From assembly GCA_043718025.1 (NCBI GenBank), contig JAYSWN010000038.1, positions 1 to 40,799 of the forward strand: a stretch of DNA of 40,799 nt, read 5' to 3'. Below, piece by piece: positions 1 to 9,369 of the stretch. Numbering within the stretch: position 1 is the first letter of the stretch; every line of letters begins with the position of its first letter. Both the position numbers and the translations under genes were made by a program. The stretch is from Pseudomonadota bacterium (GTDB lineage: Bacteria; Bdellovibrionota; FAC87; UBA2466). The notes under the pieces were generated by a model, which was not told the DNA's origin, did no database searches, and was given only the letters and a program-made list of their open reading frames with translations.

Positions 1-422
1 CGTCGGCCCGTAAGTCCGTCGGAAACGGTAAACGCCTCCTTCAACCAGTCCGTCAGCGGCGCCTCCACCTCATCGCGGTGGGCAATGCGCACTAAATGGC
101 CGAGCTTCAATTTGGACGAGGGGTGAATTTTTCGGATGAGCGGATTTTTTATAGCGCGGCCTACAAAGAAAATAACTTCAAGATCCGCGCGGCGGGGCCT
201 CACGAAGAAATAGCAGGCCTTTTTCGAAAACATGATCGACTTATGCGAGGCGTAGATTCGTTGCTCGCCAAATGCGGCGGCAGTTTCCCGCAGGCGATAC
301 CAGGCATCCCGCAACGGCTCGGGCAACTCCCTAGTTAGGTTCTCCTCGGTCGTCGTCCAGCAATCATGCGCTGAACCCGCCTCAACCCATTGCCTGCAGT
401 GGTAACACTCTCGTCCGGCCAT
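1..422 (-). CDS. DUF5655-like protein, 3'-truncated by the window edge (absent from the ORF track)
   Basis: Manual translation from the ATG at 422 is open to the window end: MAGRECYHCRQWVEAGSAHDCWTTTEE...RIYASHKSIMFSKKACYFFVRP...HRDEVEAPLTDWLKEAF. The N-terminal CxxC..HxC and C-terminal 'EV..L..WLKEA' resemble DUF5655 proteins. Confidence 0.75.
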   Translation of the reverse strand, partial: MAGRECYHCRQWVEAGSAHDCWTTTEENLTRELPEPLRDAWYRLRETAAAFGEQRIYASHKSIMFSKKACYFFVRPRRADLEVIFFVGRAIKNPLIRKIHPSSKLKLGHLVRIAHRDEVEAPLTDWLKEAFTVSDGLTGR

Positions 423-720
423 GGCGGCACTGTACTTACCAACGTAGAAACGGTCAAAAACGCCTTTGTGCTGGGCAGGTCGGAAACCGCTGACAATCGT
501 CGGGGTTATGGAAATGATAAATTTGGTTACGGGCAATAAGTGCCCAATTTTCCGACGTCAAAGCGAGGCGGGGGGCCTTCTCGCTACGAATTCATCCCCC
601 CACCCGCCGTACTGCCTAAAATTTTCTCAACCGCGTCAAATTCTTGATTGCCACCCCGCGCTGGCAGGTGTTTCTTTTCCTCACAAATAGTGAAACGGTT
701 TTCGCAAGGGCAGTGGTTTT

Positions 721-1770
721 ATGAAGTTCAGCTTATCTTTTTGGGTGGCTCTCACGACATTCATTGTCGTTTCCACGGCACAGGCCTCGAAACGGTGTGA
801 ACCTCCTTACTCTTACTCCACCGTGGGGGGTGAGATGGTGCGGTTGTTCCCTTTTTGGCCGCCCCCATTTCGTCCGCAAGTGATCCTGGCTCAGCTAACC
901 GGTTCACCCGCGCAGCCCAGGAAAGCCCTGTTCATCGAGTACCGCGATGTAAAGAAAGACAATGGCCCCCACAGTGGCATGAAGTACCACCGGAACGTCC
1001 GGGCGATTTGGTCTGTCAACCTCGACGAAGAAACCCATCTGCCGGAACGGCTCGCGTTTGAGATCGACGGCAAAAATCCTTTGGCCGGGGTGTATCAGCT
1101 GCTGGTCCATCCCCAGAACCCGAACGTCATCCTGGTGGCGGTGTCGGAATCTAAAGGGGAATCTTCGCTTTGGTCGTTCACCCTCTCTGACCCCCAGGGC
1201 AGCTTGGAAAAACTCACCACGTTCGGAAGTTATAACGAGTATCAGTCTCAGCCCATCGAACTCATCGAAGACATGCCGGGGTACATTTTACTGCCGCAAA
1301 GTAATGGCTACGGGATGAAACGATTTCCCATTGGCAAGTCGGACAATGCCGGCAGCTGGGCCACTAGCCTTGCGAACTCTGCTTCTGGTTCGAGCTACGT
1401 TACCGACTTTACCGATCTCCCCGGCAGCGGCGGGCTTGCGGCTTACCTTACGGGCGACGGACAGGAACTCGTGGTGATCGATCTCAAACAGCCCGAAAAG
1501 ACCCCAAAGAGTCACACCCTCCCCGAGCGATTCGGAGAGATCCAGGGAGTTCCCAGCCGCCCGGGCACGGCCCTTGCCACGGCCGGGTATTCGGGAAACG
1601 TGTACGAATTTAGTATTTCAAGGACCGGCCTCAACGTCAGACTCATCGGGAAACAGCGCGACAATCGCGTTCCGCAGTTCTGGCACGATGGCCGACTGAT
1701 TCACCAAAAATCGGACGGCGTGTACCTTCAAACGTACGACCAGTATTTAAAAGCCATTCGGGGAAACTAA
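721..1770 (+). CDS. Secreted hypothetical protein, possibly beta-propeller
   Basis: 349 aa ORF with a signal peptide (MKFSLSFWVALTTFIVVSTAQA) and beta-rich segments such as LLVHPQNPNVILVA. Confidence 0.7.
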   Translation: MKFSLSFWVALTTFIVVSTAQASKRCEPPYSYSTVGGEMVRLFPFWPPPFRPQVILAQLTGSPAQPRKALFIEYRDVKKDNGPHSGMKYHRNVRAIWSVNLDEETHLPERLAFEIDGKNPLAGVYQLLVHPQNPNVILVAVSESKGESSLWSFTLSDPQGSLEKLTTFGSYNEYQSQPIELIEDMPGYILLPQSNGYGMKRFPIGKSDNAGSWATSLANSASGSSYVTDFTDLPGSGGLAAYLTGDGQELVVIDLKQPEKTPKSHTLPERFGEIQGVPSRPGTALATAGYSGNVYEFSISRTGLNVRLIGKQRDNRVPQFWHDGRLIHQKSDGVYLQTYDQYLKAIRGN

Positions 1771-1771
1771 A

Positions 1772-3244
1772 ATGAAACGAATCACCACTCTTTGCGGCCT
1801 AGTTGCGGTAATGGCTTCCTCTTTAGCCTTTGCCCAGATCGATTTTAAAATCCCCAACGGCACGATGTTTCGTAACCGTGAGGCGATCTCCTTAGAAGGC
1901 ACCTGCGTTTTTGGGGAAAAGATAGAAGTCTCGCTTCCTCCGCAGCTCACTTTTCTGGAGAATAAGTATTTTTCGGATTGTCAGCGGGGCGGGTGGTTTT
2001 ACATTCGCTTCAAAGCGCAAGAAAACGGCACTTACCAGGTGTCTTACAAGCAAGCCGGCCAAGAGGCCGAGCGCACCATTATCGTGCGTCAGCTCGACGA
2101 GGTTTATGCCGTACCCAAAGAGGTGAACCTGGGCGGCATGTACCTGCAACGGCAGGGCAATCGTTTAGTGGTGCAGGATTTTTCGCGGGCCTACGTCCTG
2201 GATGCGTCGAGGATGCCGTTCGTAAAACAGCTCGACGTGCGTCCCGGAGTTGACGCCACCACGGGCGAGCGCGCGCTGATGGTCTACGTGCACTCCGACT
2301 ACGCTTACGTCTACCGAGTCATCCGAAAGGACCAGCACGAGTGGTTACCCTCGGTGGCCATCGATGTGTATCAGCTGAACGAAAGCAGCGAGGCCAAGCT
2401 CGTCAAGCGCGTTCCCTCGCAGTTGGAATTTGATTTTGATGAGCACAACCACCTATTCCACGGCTTTAATGAGCCGCGTTTACTGCCGATGCGTTCACAC
2501 CAGCGGGGCAACTACCTCTACGCCGAGGTTACCGAGCGCCACATCTTTAACTGGCACCACGTGCGTAACCTCTACATAGGTTTGGATCTGACCGATCCCC
2601 ATAATCCGCGTGAGATAAATTACCGGGTCGGCCATCCGAAGGGTTACCAGCCGTATTGGGGCAGCCTTCGCTTCGTGGGCAAACACACCTTGAGTCTCTT
2701 GGAAAATGACAAAGGGATGGTTGACCTTTTAGTGCACGAAATTCGCCCGGGGAAACTCGAATGGCCGGTGGTGGCACGTCACACCCTCTACCGCAAAGAG
2801 ACGGTTATCGGCGAAACCTCATTGCTTGGCTCAAGCCCCGAGCGGGCCATTTTGAAGAACCTCGAATCTCCCGATCGCAAGGCCTTCATCATTCAGGGTG
2901 ATGGGCGGCTTTACGAGTTCGACAGCCATAACCCCACTCAGCTTGCGCTGGTGAACGGGCTACCGGCCATCGGTGAGAAAGACTGGAAAATGGTTCCCAG
3001 CCAGATCGCCATCTATAAGGACATGTATTTTTTCAACCCCAGCCATTCTTACGATGACCAATGGCAATACGATAACTTGGCTACCACCGGATTGGTGCAA
3101 GGACACAAATCTTACCAACAAGGATACTTGGGCCGAGAGCTACATTACGGAATGTTAGTGCACAACGGCTGCCTCGTGAGCCTCACCCAGTTTGGCGTGA
3201 ACGTTCACTCTGGCCTGCCCGATACGCAGTGCACTTGGCCGTAA
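1772..3244 (+). CDS. Secreted hypothetical protein with an Ig-like N-terminus and LVIVD-like repeat segments
   Basis: 490 aa, signal peptide ending AFA, starts 1 nt after the upstream stop. LDLTDPHNPREI and FDSHNPTQL resemble LVIVD propeller blades. Confidence 0.7.
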   Translation: MKRITTLCGLVAVMASSLAFAQIDFKIPNGTMFRNREAISLEGTCVFGEKIEVSLPPQLTFLENKYFSDCQRGGWFYIRFKAQENGTYQVSYKQAGQEAERTIIVRQLDEVYAVPKEVNLGGMYLQRQGNRLVVQDFSRAYVLDASRMPFVKQLDVRPGVDATTGERALMVYVHSDYAYVYRVIRKDQHEWLPSVAIDVYQLNESSEAKLVKRVPSQLEFDFDEHNHLFHGFNEPRLLPMRSHQRGNYLYAEVTERHIFNWHHVRNLYIGLDLTDPHNPREINYRVGHPKGYQPYWGSLRFVGKHTLSLLENDKGMVDLLVHEIRPGKLEWPVVARHTLYRKETVIGETSLLGSSPERAILKNLESPDRKAFIIQGDGRLYEFDSHNPTQLALVNGLPAIGEKDWKMVPSQIAIYKDMYFFNPSHSYDDQWQYDNLATTGLVQGHKSYQQGYLGRELHYGMLVHNGCLVSLTQFGVNVHSGLPDTQCTWP

Positions 3245-3383
3245 GTTTGGTATCCATTCGAATTTACCCCTGGGGCTCTTTTGCTCTGAGAACGAGCCCT
3301 TCGGCTCGCGGATGGATTAGAGCCCGCGGGCTTTCCGCGGATTTGGGTATTCGCATGGTCGGTGGTTCGAATACTTTGACAAA

Positions 3384-3460
3384 TGGAGCGGGACACGGGG
3401 TTCGAACCCGCGACCTCAACCTTGGCAAGGTTGCGCTCTAGCCAACTGAGCTAGTCCCGC
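3384..3460 (-). tRNA. tRNA-Gly (GCC)
   Basis: Reverse complement GCGGGACTAGCTCAGTTGGCTAGAGCGCAACCTTGCCAAGGTTGAGGTCGCGGGTTCGAACCCCGTGTCCCGCTCCA gives a full cloverleaf with anticodon GCC, TTCGAA T-loop and encoded CCA. Confidence 0.98.
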
Positions 3461-3560
3461 AAGAGAACTCAACCTGATATGAGGAACTGGTTCATTTGGC
3501 AATAGCTTCTTGCTGGGCTCTTAAACCCCTTCTCTGCAGCCATTAGCGAGCAACCTACCG

Positions 3561-4409
3561 TTACTCTAAAGGGGACAGGGGGAAAAAAACCTGCCGCACC
3601 ACCGGCCCATTTGACGCCGAGGCCGGCATAAAGCCCGCACGCATCCGATCGCGGACGGCCGGGGCCATGCGGTTTCTCACCGCCATGGCCGCGTCTTCCG
3701 AACAACGTCCCGAAAAGATATAGGTGCCATTGCGTTTTTCATAGCGCAGGCCAAAAAGCGTAGCCAGATCCCCCATCAAGGCATCGACGGTCTTGGGCGG
3801 GGCCCCGTCATCAACGCCAAAAGTGAAGTCCACCGGTCGCTCGGCGCACTCTCCGGGAATGAGATAACTCAACGCCCCCATTTGCGATCGAACCTCTTTC
3901 AAAAGGTCACGCAAGGGGACCGACTGAGCGGCAATGGAACGAATTTTAGTCTGACTATCATCCACCACCACTTCAAGAAAGCCGCCGCTATTAGGCACTA
4001 AATTGGCTTTGTAAAAAAAAGCTTCGGACTTGCCGCGAATATGGGCCCGACCATTCAAATGCTCGACCATGTTGGCCACCACCATCTCCATCGGAGCCCG
4101 CACGTCATCTTCGGTAACTAGGGAAAGCACCACTTCGTTGCCGACGGTACGAATTTCATGCGTGCGGCCATTAAACTGCGGTACCCCCGCCATCGAATTC
4201 AATAACGCCTCACGAACCAAACCCTGTGAGCGTTTGAGTAGCTCCGGCGACAGCTCGTGCACCGCCATCTGCACTCGGGTAACAAACTGTGATTGCCGAC
4301 CCAGAGCCTCCTTGGGCGCGGGGGGAGAAACTTTCTGGGCCGCCGGCGCCACCGTGCCGATTCCCATCAGCCCAAGCCCCAAAATAGTTTTAAGTGAAGT
4401 GGATCTCAT
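3561..4409 (-). CDS. Exported protein with a C-terminal STN/FecR-C-like domain
   Basis: Signal peptide present. SVPLRDLLKEV...VDALMGDLATLFGLRYEKRNGTYIF resembles the STN (secretin/TonB N-terminus) fold. ATG at 4409 (alternative TTG at 4415) is coupled to the anti-sigma stop. Confidence 0.65.
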   Translation of the reverse strand: MRSTSLKTILGLGLMGIGTVAPAAQKVSPPAPKEALGRQSQFVTRVQMAVHELSPELLKRSQGLVREALLNSMAGVPQFNGRTHEIRTVGNEVVLSLVTEDDVRAPMEMVVANMVEHLNGRAHIRGKSEAFFYKANLVPNSGGFLEVVVDDSQTKIRSIAAQSVPLRDLLKEVRSQMGALSYLIPGECAERPVDFTFGVDDGAPPKTVDALMGDLATLFGLRYEKRNGTYIFSGRCSEDAAMAVRNRMAPAVRDRMRAGFMPASASNGPVVRQVFFPLSPLE

Positions 4410-4411
4410 GC

Positions 4412-4942
4412 TCAATACCTAGCGCTCGTGGTTTCAAATTCCATCGTCTGCAACAACTCGGGCTCCACATAATGAACATTGACTCGTCCCGGCTGCTCGA
4501 TTCGGATCTGCGCCATGGGGATACGGGGCTCACTTCGGCGGGCCGCCACTTTTTCACTCTCTTCGTTAGAACCGCTATTCATCACCACCATGCCGGCGAT
4601 AATCAACGAAGCCATCGCCAAACCACCGCGAAACAGCCAGCCACCACTAAGCAGCGATTGCCGGGTGGTGCGTTGCGGGCGAACGTCGAGCTTCCAGCCC
4701 TTCAAAATTAACGTTTCATCTTTTTGCAGACGAGAATAAACGCGGAGTAAGGAGGAGGTGATTTCAGGTTGAGGAGCAAAATAGCTATCGCACTGGGTGC
4801 GAATTTCTGTAGCCGCCGCACTACAATCTGAGCAGCGACGCAGATGCCGTTTCACCTGAAACGCTTTCACACGGCCAAACTCCTCCGGAAGTGAAATAAA
4901 CTCGAGAAGAGTTTCAGGTTTTAGGCACTTAGGTCGTCGCAT
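4412..4942 (-). CDS. Zinc-binding (ZAS) transmembrane anti-sigma factor
   Basis: From ATG 4942 (MRRPKCLKPETLLEF): HLRRCSDC matches HxxxCxxC, followed by one TM helix (GGLAMASLIIAGMVVM). Overlaps the sigma factor stop. Confidence 0.85.
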   Translation of the reverse strand: MRRPKCLKPETLLEFISLPEEFGRVKAFQVKRHLRRCSDCSAAATEIRTQCDSYFAPQPEITSSLLRVYSRLQKDETLILKGWKLDVRPQRTTRQSLLSGGWLFRGGLAMASLIIAGMVVMNSGSNEESEKVAARRSEPRIPMAQIRIEQPGRVNVHYVEPELLQTMEFETTSARY

Positions 4943-5513
4943 TCGCTTCCCCCAAACCCGGAAACCAGCGATCAGCCAGCTCCGATAATAATGAACGTTT
5001 CGCTCGTACGTAAGCTTGTCGCGAGGCCTGCTCGCTAATCCCAATTTGGGTGGCCACTTCACGGTGAGAAAGGCCTAAGCCATCGCGCAACCAAATTATC
5101 TCAGAGTCCTTTTCGTTAAGCGACTGCATGGCCACCTGTAGCTCACGAAGCTCTACCGCCTTCTCCGGCTTCTCGCCTTGTGAAGGAGCCGCTAGGTCGT
5201 AGGCATCTTCAATCTGAACGTGCGGCCGCGAACGGTGCGGGGCCCTCGCCACCTTATCGATCAAACAGTTTTTTACGATCTGCAGCATATAGGCTTCAAT
5301 GGCCTTCTCTTCTTCGGACTGCAACCTGTCCAAACTCACCAAAAACCGAACAAAAGACTCTTGTAGGATATCTTCAGAAACGGCGCGGTCGCCGTTGGTT
5401 TTCCAGAGTAAGAAACGCATTAAACCCGGCGAAACCTTTTCATAAAAGGGCAGAAACGCCGATTGATCACCCTCTCGAAGGCGTTGTACCCAGTGTTTTA
5501 TCTTGGATGCCAT
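4929..5513 (-). CDS. ECF (sigma-70 group 4) RNA polymerase sigma factor
   Basis: Region 2 (GDQSAF...SEDILQESFVRF...KNCLID) and region 4 (LSHREVATQIGISEQASRQAYVRAK). Likely start MASKIKH at 5513. Confidence 0.92.
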   Translation of the reverse strand: MASKIKHWVQRLREGDQSAFLPFYEKVSPGLMRFLLWKTNGDRAVSEDILQESFVRFLVSLDRLQSEEEKAIEAYMLQIVKNCLIDKVARAPHRSRPHVQIEDAYDLAAPSQGEKPEKAVELRELQVAMQSLNEKDSEIIWLRDGLGLSHREVATQIGISEQASRQAYVRAKRSLLSELADRWFPGLGEANATT

Positions 5514-5671
5514 GTCTTTACGGTCTCCCTCACCATCCCGACTTACCCTAAGCAGACGAGAGCATAGAAAATTCCGTGACAAAAAACCGGGGGAATCTGC
5601 TAAAACTCACGCTCTATTTATTGGCTTAACCGCGTTACGGGCGCAAGAACTGAGTTCGGCAAGAGGATTTA

Positions 5672-6334
5672 GTGAGTAAATTCGGTATCTTATTTGACCT
5701 AGACGGCACTCTAGTAGATAGCCTGGCCGATATCTGCGGCGCCATCAATAAAGTGCGCGCGGCCTACCATTTGGCCCCGACGGCAAACGACGTTTTGGTA
5801 AAGTTTATCGGCAAAGGGGTAGAGCAGCTGATTCACCTAAGTTTCCCCGAACTGACCGATCCTCAGCGGCAAGGACTGGTGGCGAAGTACCGCGAGTATT
5901 ATGCCCAGAGCCCCGGTAACGGCGGAAAAGTTTACCCCGGAGTTCGCGAGACTTTAGAGCGTTTGAAAAAGCGTGGGGACATCAAGCTTGCGGTAGCTAC
6001 GAACAAAGCCACCGACATTGCCCACCAGACGTTAGAACACTATTTGCCGGGGATTCATTTCGATATCGTCGCCGGGCCCGAGATGGTTTCCAAGCGTAAG
6101 CCGGCTCCGGAGCACTTAACCGAAGTTATCGCCCAGCTAAATCTGCGGCCAGAGGACGTGTGGTTCATCGGTGACGACCCGGTGGACAAACAGAGTGCCG
6201 AGGCGGCGGGCGTAAAATTCTTGGGTGCGACGTATGGCTTCGGTGGCGTGGTGGTCGAAGCCAATCAACGGCTCGAACAGTTTTCTGATCTACTGACCAA
6301 AATCGATTTTGCCGCCGAAGGGAATTTAAGTTGA
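5672..6334 (+). CDS. gph: HAD-family hydrolase, phosphoglycolate phosphatase-like
   Basis: Motifs FDLDGTLVDS, VATNK, KPAPE, FIGDDPVD and GATYGF. Confidence 0.85.
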   Translation: MSKFGILFDLDGTLVDSLADICGAINKVRAAYHLAPTANDVLVKFIGKGVEQLIHLSFPELTDPQRQGLVAKYREYYAQSPGNGGKVYPGVRETLERLKKRGDIKLAVATNKATDIAHQTLEHYLPGIHFDIVAGPEMVSKRKPAPEHLTEVIAQLNLRPEDVWFIGDDPVDKQSAEAAGVKFLGATYGFGGVVVEANQRLEQFSDLLTKIDFAAEGNLS

Positions 6335-7449
6335 GCGTTGTTGCCGAAAAAGAGAACCTAAAGGGCTATCCGGTTGAGCAGTTCGAAAAAAAGCTCACCG
6401 ACATGGGCCATCCGGCGTTTCGCGCTCGTCAGTTATTCCGCTGGATCTACCAAATTCGCGAAACCGACTTCGACAAGATGACCGATCTATCAAAGTCGTT
6501 TCGTGAAGAATTAAAGGCCAAGTATATTTTGCCCACGGTGCAAATTGCGGAAGCCCGCAATTCTGAAGATGGCACGGTAAAGTATCTGGTGAAGCTGCAC
6601 GACGGCCATACGGTCGAAGCCGTCTATATCCCTTCCGTTTCACGCGCTACCCTTTGTGTATCGACGCAAGTGGGATGCAAAATGGCCTGCACGTTTTGCG
6701 CGACGGGTTACATGAAGTTCACCCGCAATTTAGAATCGTGGGAGATTGTCGATCAGTTGATTGCACTCCCCTTCCCAAAACCCGTCTCTAACATCGTGAT
6801 GATGGGCATGGGCGAACCCTTTGATAACTACGAAGAAGTAGAAAAAGCGCTGCGTATTTTTCAAGACCCGATGGGACCAAAAATTGGAAAACGGCACATC
6901 ACCGTTTCTACCGTTGGCATTTCACCAAAAATCATTGAATTTGTGGCGGCCGATTTGGGCAAGCTGGCGATCTCACTGCACGGCACCACCGAAGAACAGC
7001 GTTCTCAGATCATGCCCATGAACCAGAAGCACTCGCTCGCTGAAATCATGGAGGTGTGCCGCAGCTTAATATTTCCGCACCGTGGTCGGGTCACTTTCGA
7101 ATACATTTTAATTAAGGGGCTAAACGACTCCGCTGAAGATGCGCACCGCCTGGTAAAAATTACCCGCGGCATACCCTGCAAAATAAATTTGCTCGCCTAC
7201 AACGAGAACCCCTTTATCGATTTAAAACGCCCCGAAGAGGCCACCGTTTTAGAGTTTCAAAATATTTTGCTACAGGCCAATTTAACCGCCACCTACCGCC
7301 GTAGCCGCGGGCGCGATATTGCCGCCGCTTGCGGCCAGTTGGTGAACGAAGATAAGTTAAAGGCCTCAATGCTGTCGAAGCAGGTGCACGCAGCTTCGGT
7401 ACGCGGATTTCGCCCAATTCCAGGGGCGCAAATTGCGACCGGCGCTTAA
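6331..7449 (+). CDS. rlmN: Dual-specificity 23S rRNA/tRNA m2A methyltransferase RlmN (radical SAM)
   Basis: CVSTQVGCKMACTFCATG (CxxxCxxC), MGMGEP, ISLH, FEYILI and RGRDIAAACGQL. Confidence 0.96.
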   Translation: MSVVAEKENLKGYPVEQFEKKLTDMGHPAFRARQLFRWIYQIRETDFDKMTDLSKSFREELKAKYILPTVQIAEARNSEDGTVKYLVKLHDGHTVEAVYIPSVSRATLCVSTQVGCKMACTFCATGYMKFTRNLESWEIVDQLIALPFPKPVSNIVMMGMGEPFDNYEEVEKALRIFQDPMGPKIGKRHITVSTVGISPKIIEFVAADLGKLAISLHGTTEEQRSQIMPMNQKHSLAEIMEVCRSLIFPHRGRVTFEYILIKGLNDSAEDAHRLVKITRGIPCKINLLAYNENPFIDLKRPEEATVLEFQNILLQANLTATYRRSRGRDIAAACGQLVNEDKLKASMLSKQVHAASVRGFRPIPGAQIATGA

Positions 7450-8478
7450 AGTCAGCGCGTCTGAATTAAATTTAATCGTTACTAAACCTGCAGAATTTTC
7501 AATTAGCGAGTTGAAATAATTTTTTTGTTTTAATTGTGCTTCTTCGCGACGCGCCAGTAACGCTGCCGATTCTACCACTGCCTCTTTCACATTCAGGCCA
7601 AATAGTGATAGCCAGTGGCGCGACGACTCATCGAGGCCGGTGGTCATCAATGACGATCGCGAAACTTCAATTTCACTCAAAGTAAGACGTCCGTCATATT
7701 CGTTTGCGATGAGTTTTAAGCGCAGGGGGGATGGCCCGCCGGCCTCTCCCCCCAGCGCAAAATGGTACCCGTATACCGTCTGTTCGAAGACGTAGGTGCC
7801 GGGCCTAGCGTTGGCAATTTTTTCGTTAAGCCAACTTTGAGCGGATTGATCTTCCCACATCCACCGCATCACGGCCGCGATGCCTAGTCGTCGTGCAAGA
7901 AAACTTGTGCACTTAACGATCACGACGCGCGGAATTTGCAAACCACGATCCATGCTTTCGGGGTAGCGATAATACAGAGCCATTAAACCCAAGCAGAGCG
8001 GATCGAGTCCCGGAATGGTAATGCCAACCCCAACCACGCCCAAAATAATTCGGGCGAACCAATTGGTGCCGGGTTGCAAACCGGCGGAGGCCATCGCCAT
8101 TCCCCCAATTGTTTCTGCGGTGTGCGAGGCCGCAAACATCATCACTAGATTTAAGGCATGGTCCGCCGATTTCGGATCAGCCCGCTTTAGCGAGTACCAG
8201 CGGTAGGCATTCAAAAAAAGGCGGCGGTAATTGAACTGATTTGCCCATTGCGAAACAAAAGTGCCTGACTCCTCACCCTCGAGACTCTGGTGGGCGTCTT
8301 GAAGCAGCCTTTTTAAATCGTCAGCTTTCGAAACTGCCTCGGGACTGGGAAGTGTGATCTCGATCCGTATTTTTCCGGGGTCAGCATCTTCGCCACTGGT
8401 TGGCTCTTCGGGGTGGGCCGCCAAAGGGAGCACGGCCGCCAAACCGAACAGAACGATCAACTTGATAACGATTCTCAT
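7366..8478 (-). CDS. Exported/membrane hypothetical protein
   Basis: 370 aa with signal peptide and a central hydrophobic hairpin (GITIPGLDPLC). Ends RSCVHLLRQH and overlaps the rlmN 3' end convergently by 84 nt. Confidence 0.7.
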   Translation of the reverse strand: MRIVIKLIVLFGLAAVLPLAAHPEEPTSGEDADPGKIRIEITLPSPEAVSKADDLKRLLQDAHQSLEGEESGTFVSQWANQFNYRRLFLNAYRWYSLKRADPKSADHALNLVMMFAASHTAETIGGMAMASAGLQPGTNWFARIILGVVGVGITIPGLDPLCLGLMALYYRYPESMDRGLQIPRVVIVKCTSFLARRLGIAAVMRWMWEDQSAQSWLNEKIANARPGTYVFEQTVYGYHFALGGEAGGPSPLRLKLIANEYDGRLTLSEIEVSRSSLMTTGLDESSRHWLSLFGLNVKEAVVESAALLARREEAQLKQKNYFNSLIENSAGLVTIKFNSDALTLSAGRNLRPWNWAKSAYRSCVHLLRQH

Positions 8479-8561
8479 TATTAATATTAGATACCGACCT
8501 GGGCACCGGGTGGCAAGCGGCGAGTTAAAAAAAGGCGGCTTTAAGTGTGTTACTATTTTTC

Positions 8562-9365
8562 ATGGCCTCTTCGGATTCACCAACGATTGTCCGAGTGGAT
8601 ACCTATACTTCTAAATATTCCGTTCCGGCCCCGGGCCTTCTTCACATGGAACGGATTATTCATCGCTCGGACGTGGATGAGCAGATAGATACCTTCGGCA
8701 AATCTTGGTCACTAGCCTGGAGCGAGATTCCGCCCAATCAGGTGAGCGTGTTTCACGGTGGCCGTTTTGTGCCGCTAGTTGGAAAGATCATCCTATTTAT
8801 TCCGCCCTATAGCGTTGTGCATTGGCGGGTGGAGCCAGGAATTTTCACTTTCGAATGCCTATTGTCGAAATCCACTCTGCCCGAGAATTTACCGCGGCAT
8901 CCCATTGCGTGGCAGGCAGAGTTAGAACAGGTTCCGCGCTCACTACCCGAGATGATTGCGCAGATCGGCAAGTCGCGAAACGTTACCTTCATTGGCCGCG
9001 AAGAGGGGCCGTCGGCAATTCCTCGTAAGATAAAGGCGGCGATCGATAACACTTACATGGAAAACGATGAGCTCAATGCTATTGCCAAACATCTGGGCAT
9101 CGCCCCCTCGGTGCTTAGCCGCAGGTTCAAGGCGTGCTACGGCTTGAGCCCCATTCAATATCGAAATAACGTTCGGATTATGGATTCGCTCGAATCATTG
9201 GTAAATGGCTCGCAGGTTACCGATGCTGGGCTAAAGGTCGGATTTGAAGACGTTAGTCAGTACAACGAGGTTTTTCGCCGCTTAACTAAAGCGGTTCCCT
9301 CACAGTTTAATCTTTCTAAACTGGGTCGCGCCCGTGACCTATTGCGCCGACCCCAAAGGAACTGA
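8562..9365 (+). CDS. AraC-family transcriptional regulator
   Basis: C-terminal double HTH (LNAIAKHLGIAPSVLSRRFKACYGLSPIQY...VGFEDVSQYNEVFRRLTKAVPSQF). ATG at 8562 preferred over GTG at 8547. Confidence 0.92.
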   Translation: MASSDSPTIVRVDTYTSKYSVPAPGLLHMERIIHRSDVDEQIDTFGKSWSLAWSEIPPNQVSVFHGGRFVPLVGKIILFIPPYSVVHWRVEPGIFTFECLLSKSTLPENLPRHPIAWQAELEQVPRSLPEMIAQIGKSRNVTFIGREEGPSAIPRKIKAAIDNTYMENDELNAIAKHLGIAPSVLSRRFKACYGLSPIQYRNNVRIMDSLESLVNGSQVTDAGLKVGFEDVSQYNEVFRRLTKAVPSQFNLSKLGRARDLLRRPQRN

Positions 9366-9369
9366 CCAC

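Noticed and set aside
96..338. 80-aa plus-strand ORF
   Set aside because: Shadow of the minus-strand DUF5655-like gene at 1-422.
3361..3376. GGTTCGAAT T-loop-like motif suggesting a second tRNA or att remnant
   Set aside because: No T-stem, acceptor stem or anticodon arm can be formed, and it is on the opposite strand to the tRNA.
3229..3441. 70-aa ORF ending GAGHGVRTRDLNLGKVAL
   Set aside because: Antisense translation of tRNA-Gly.
4943..5062. Longer N-terminus of the anti-sigma ORF (also the long starts at 5582, 9334, 13396, 25576, 28056, 32391)
   Set aside because: These extensions overlap neighbouring genes or promoters. Downstream ATGs give better coupling, RBS or signal peptides.
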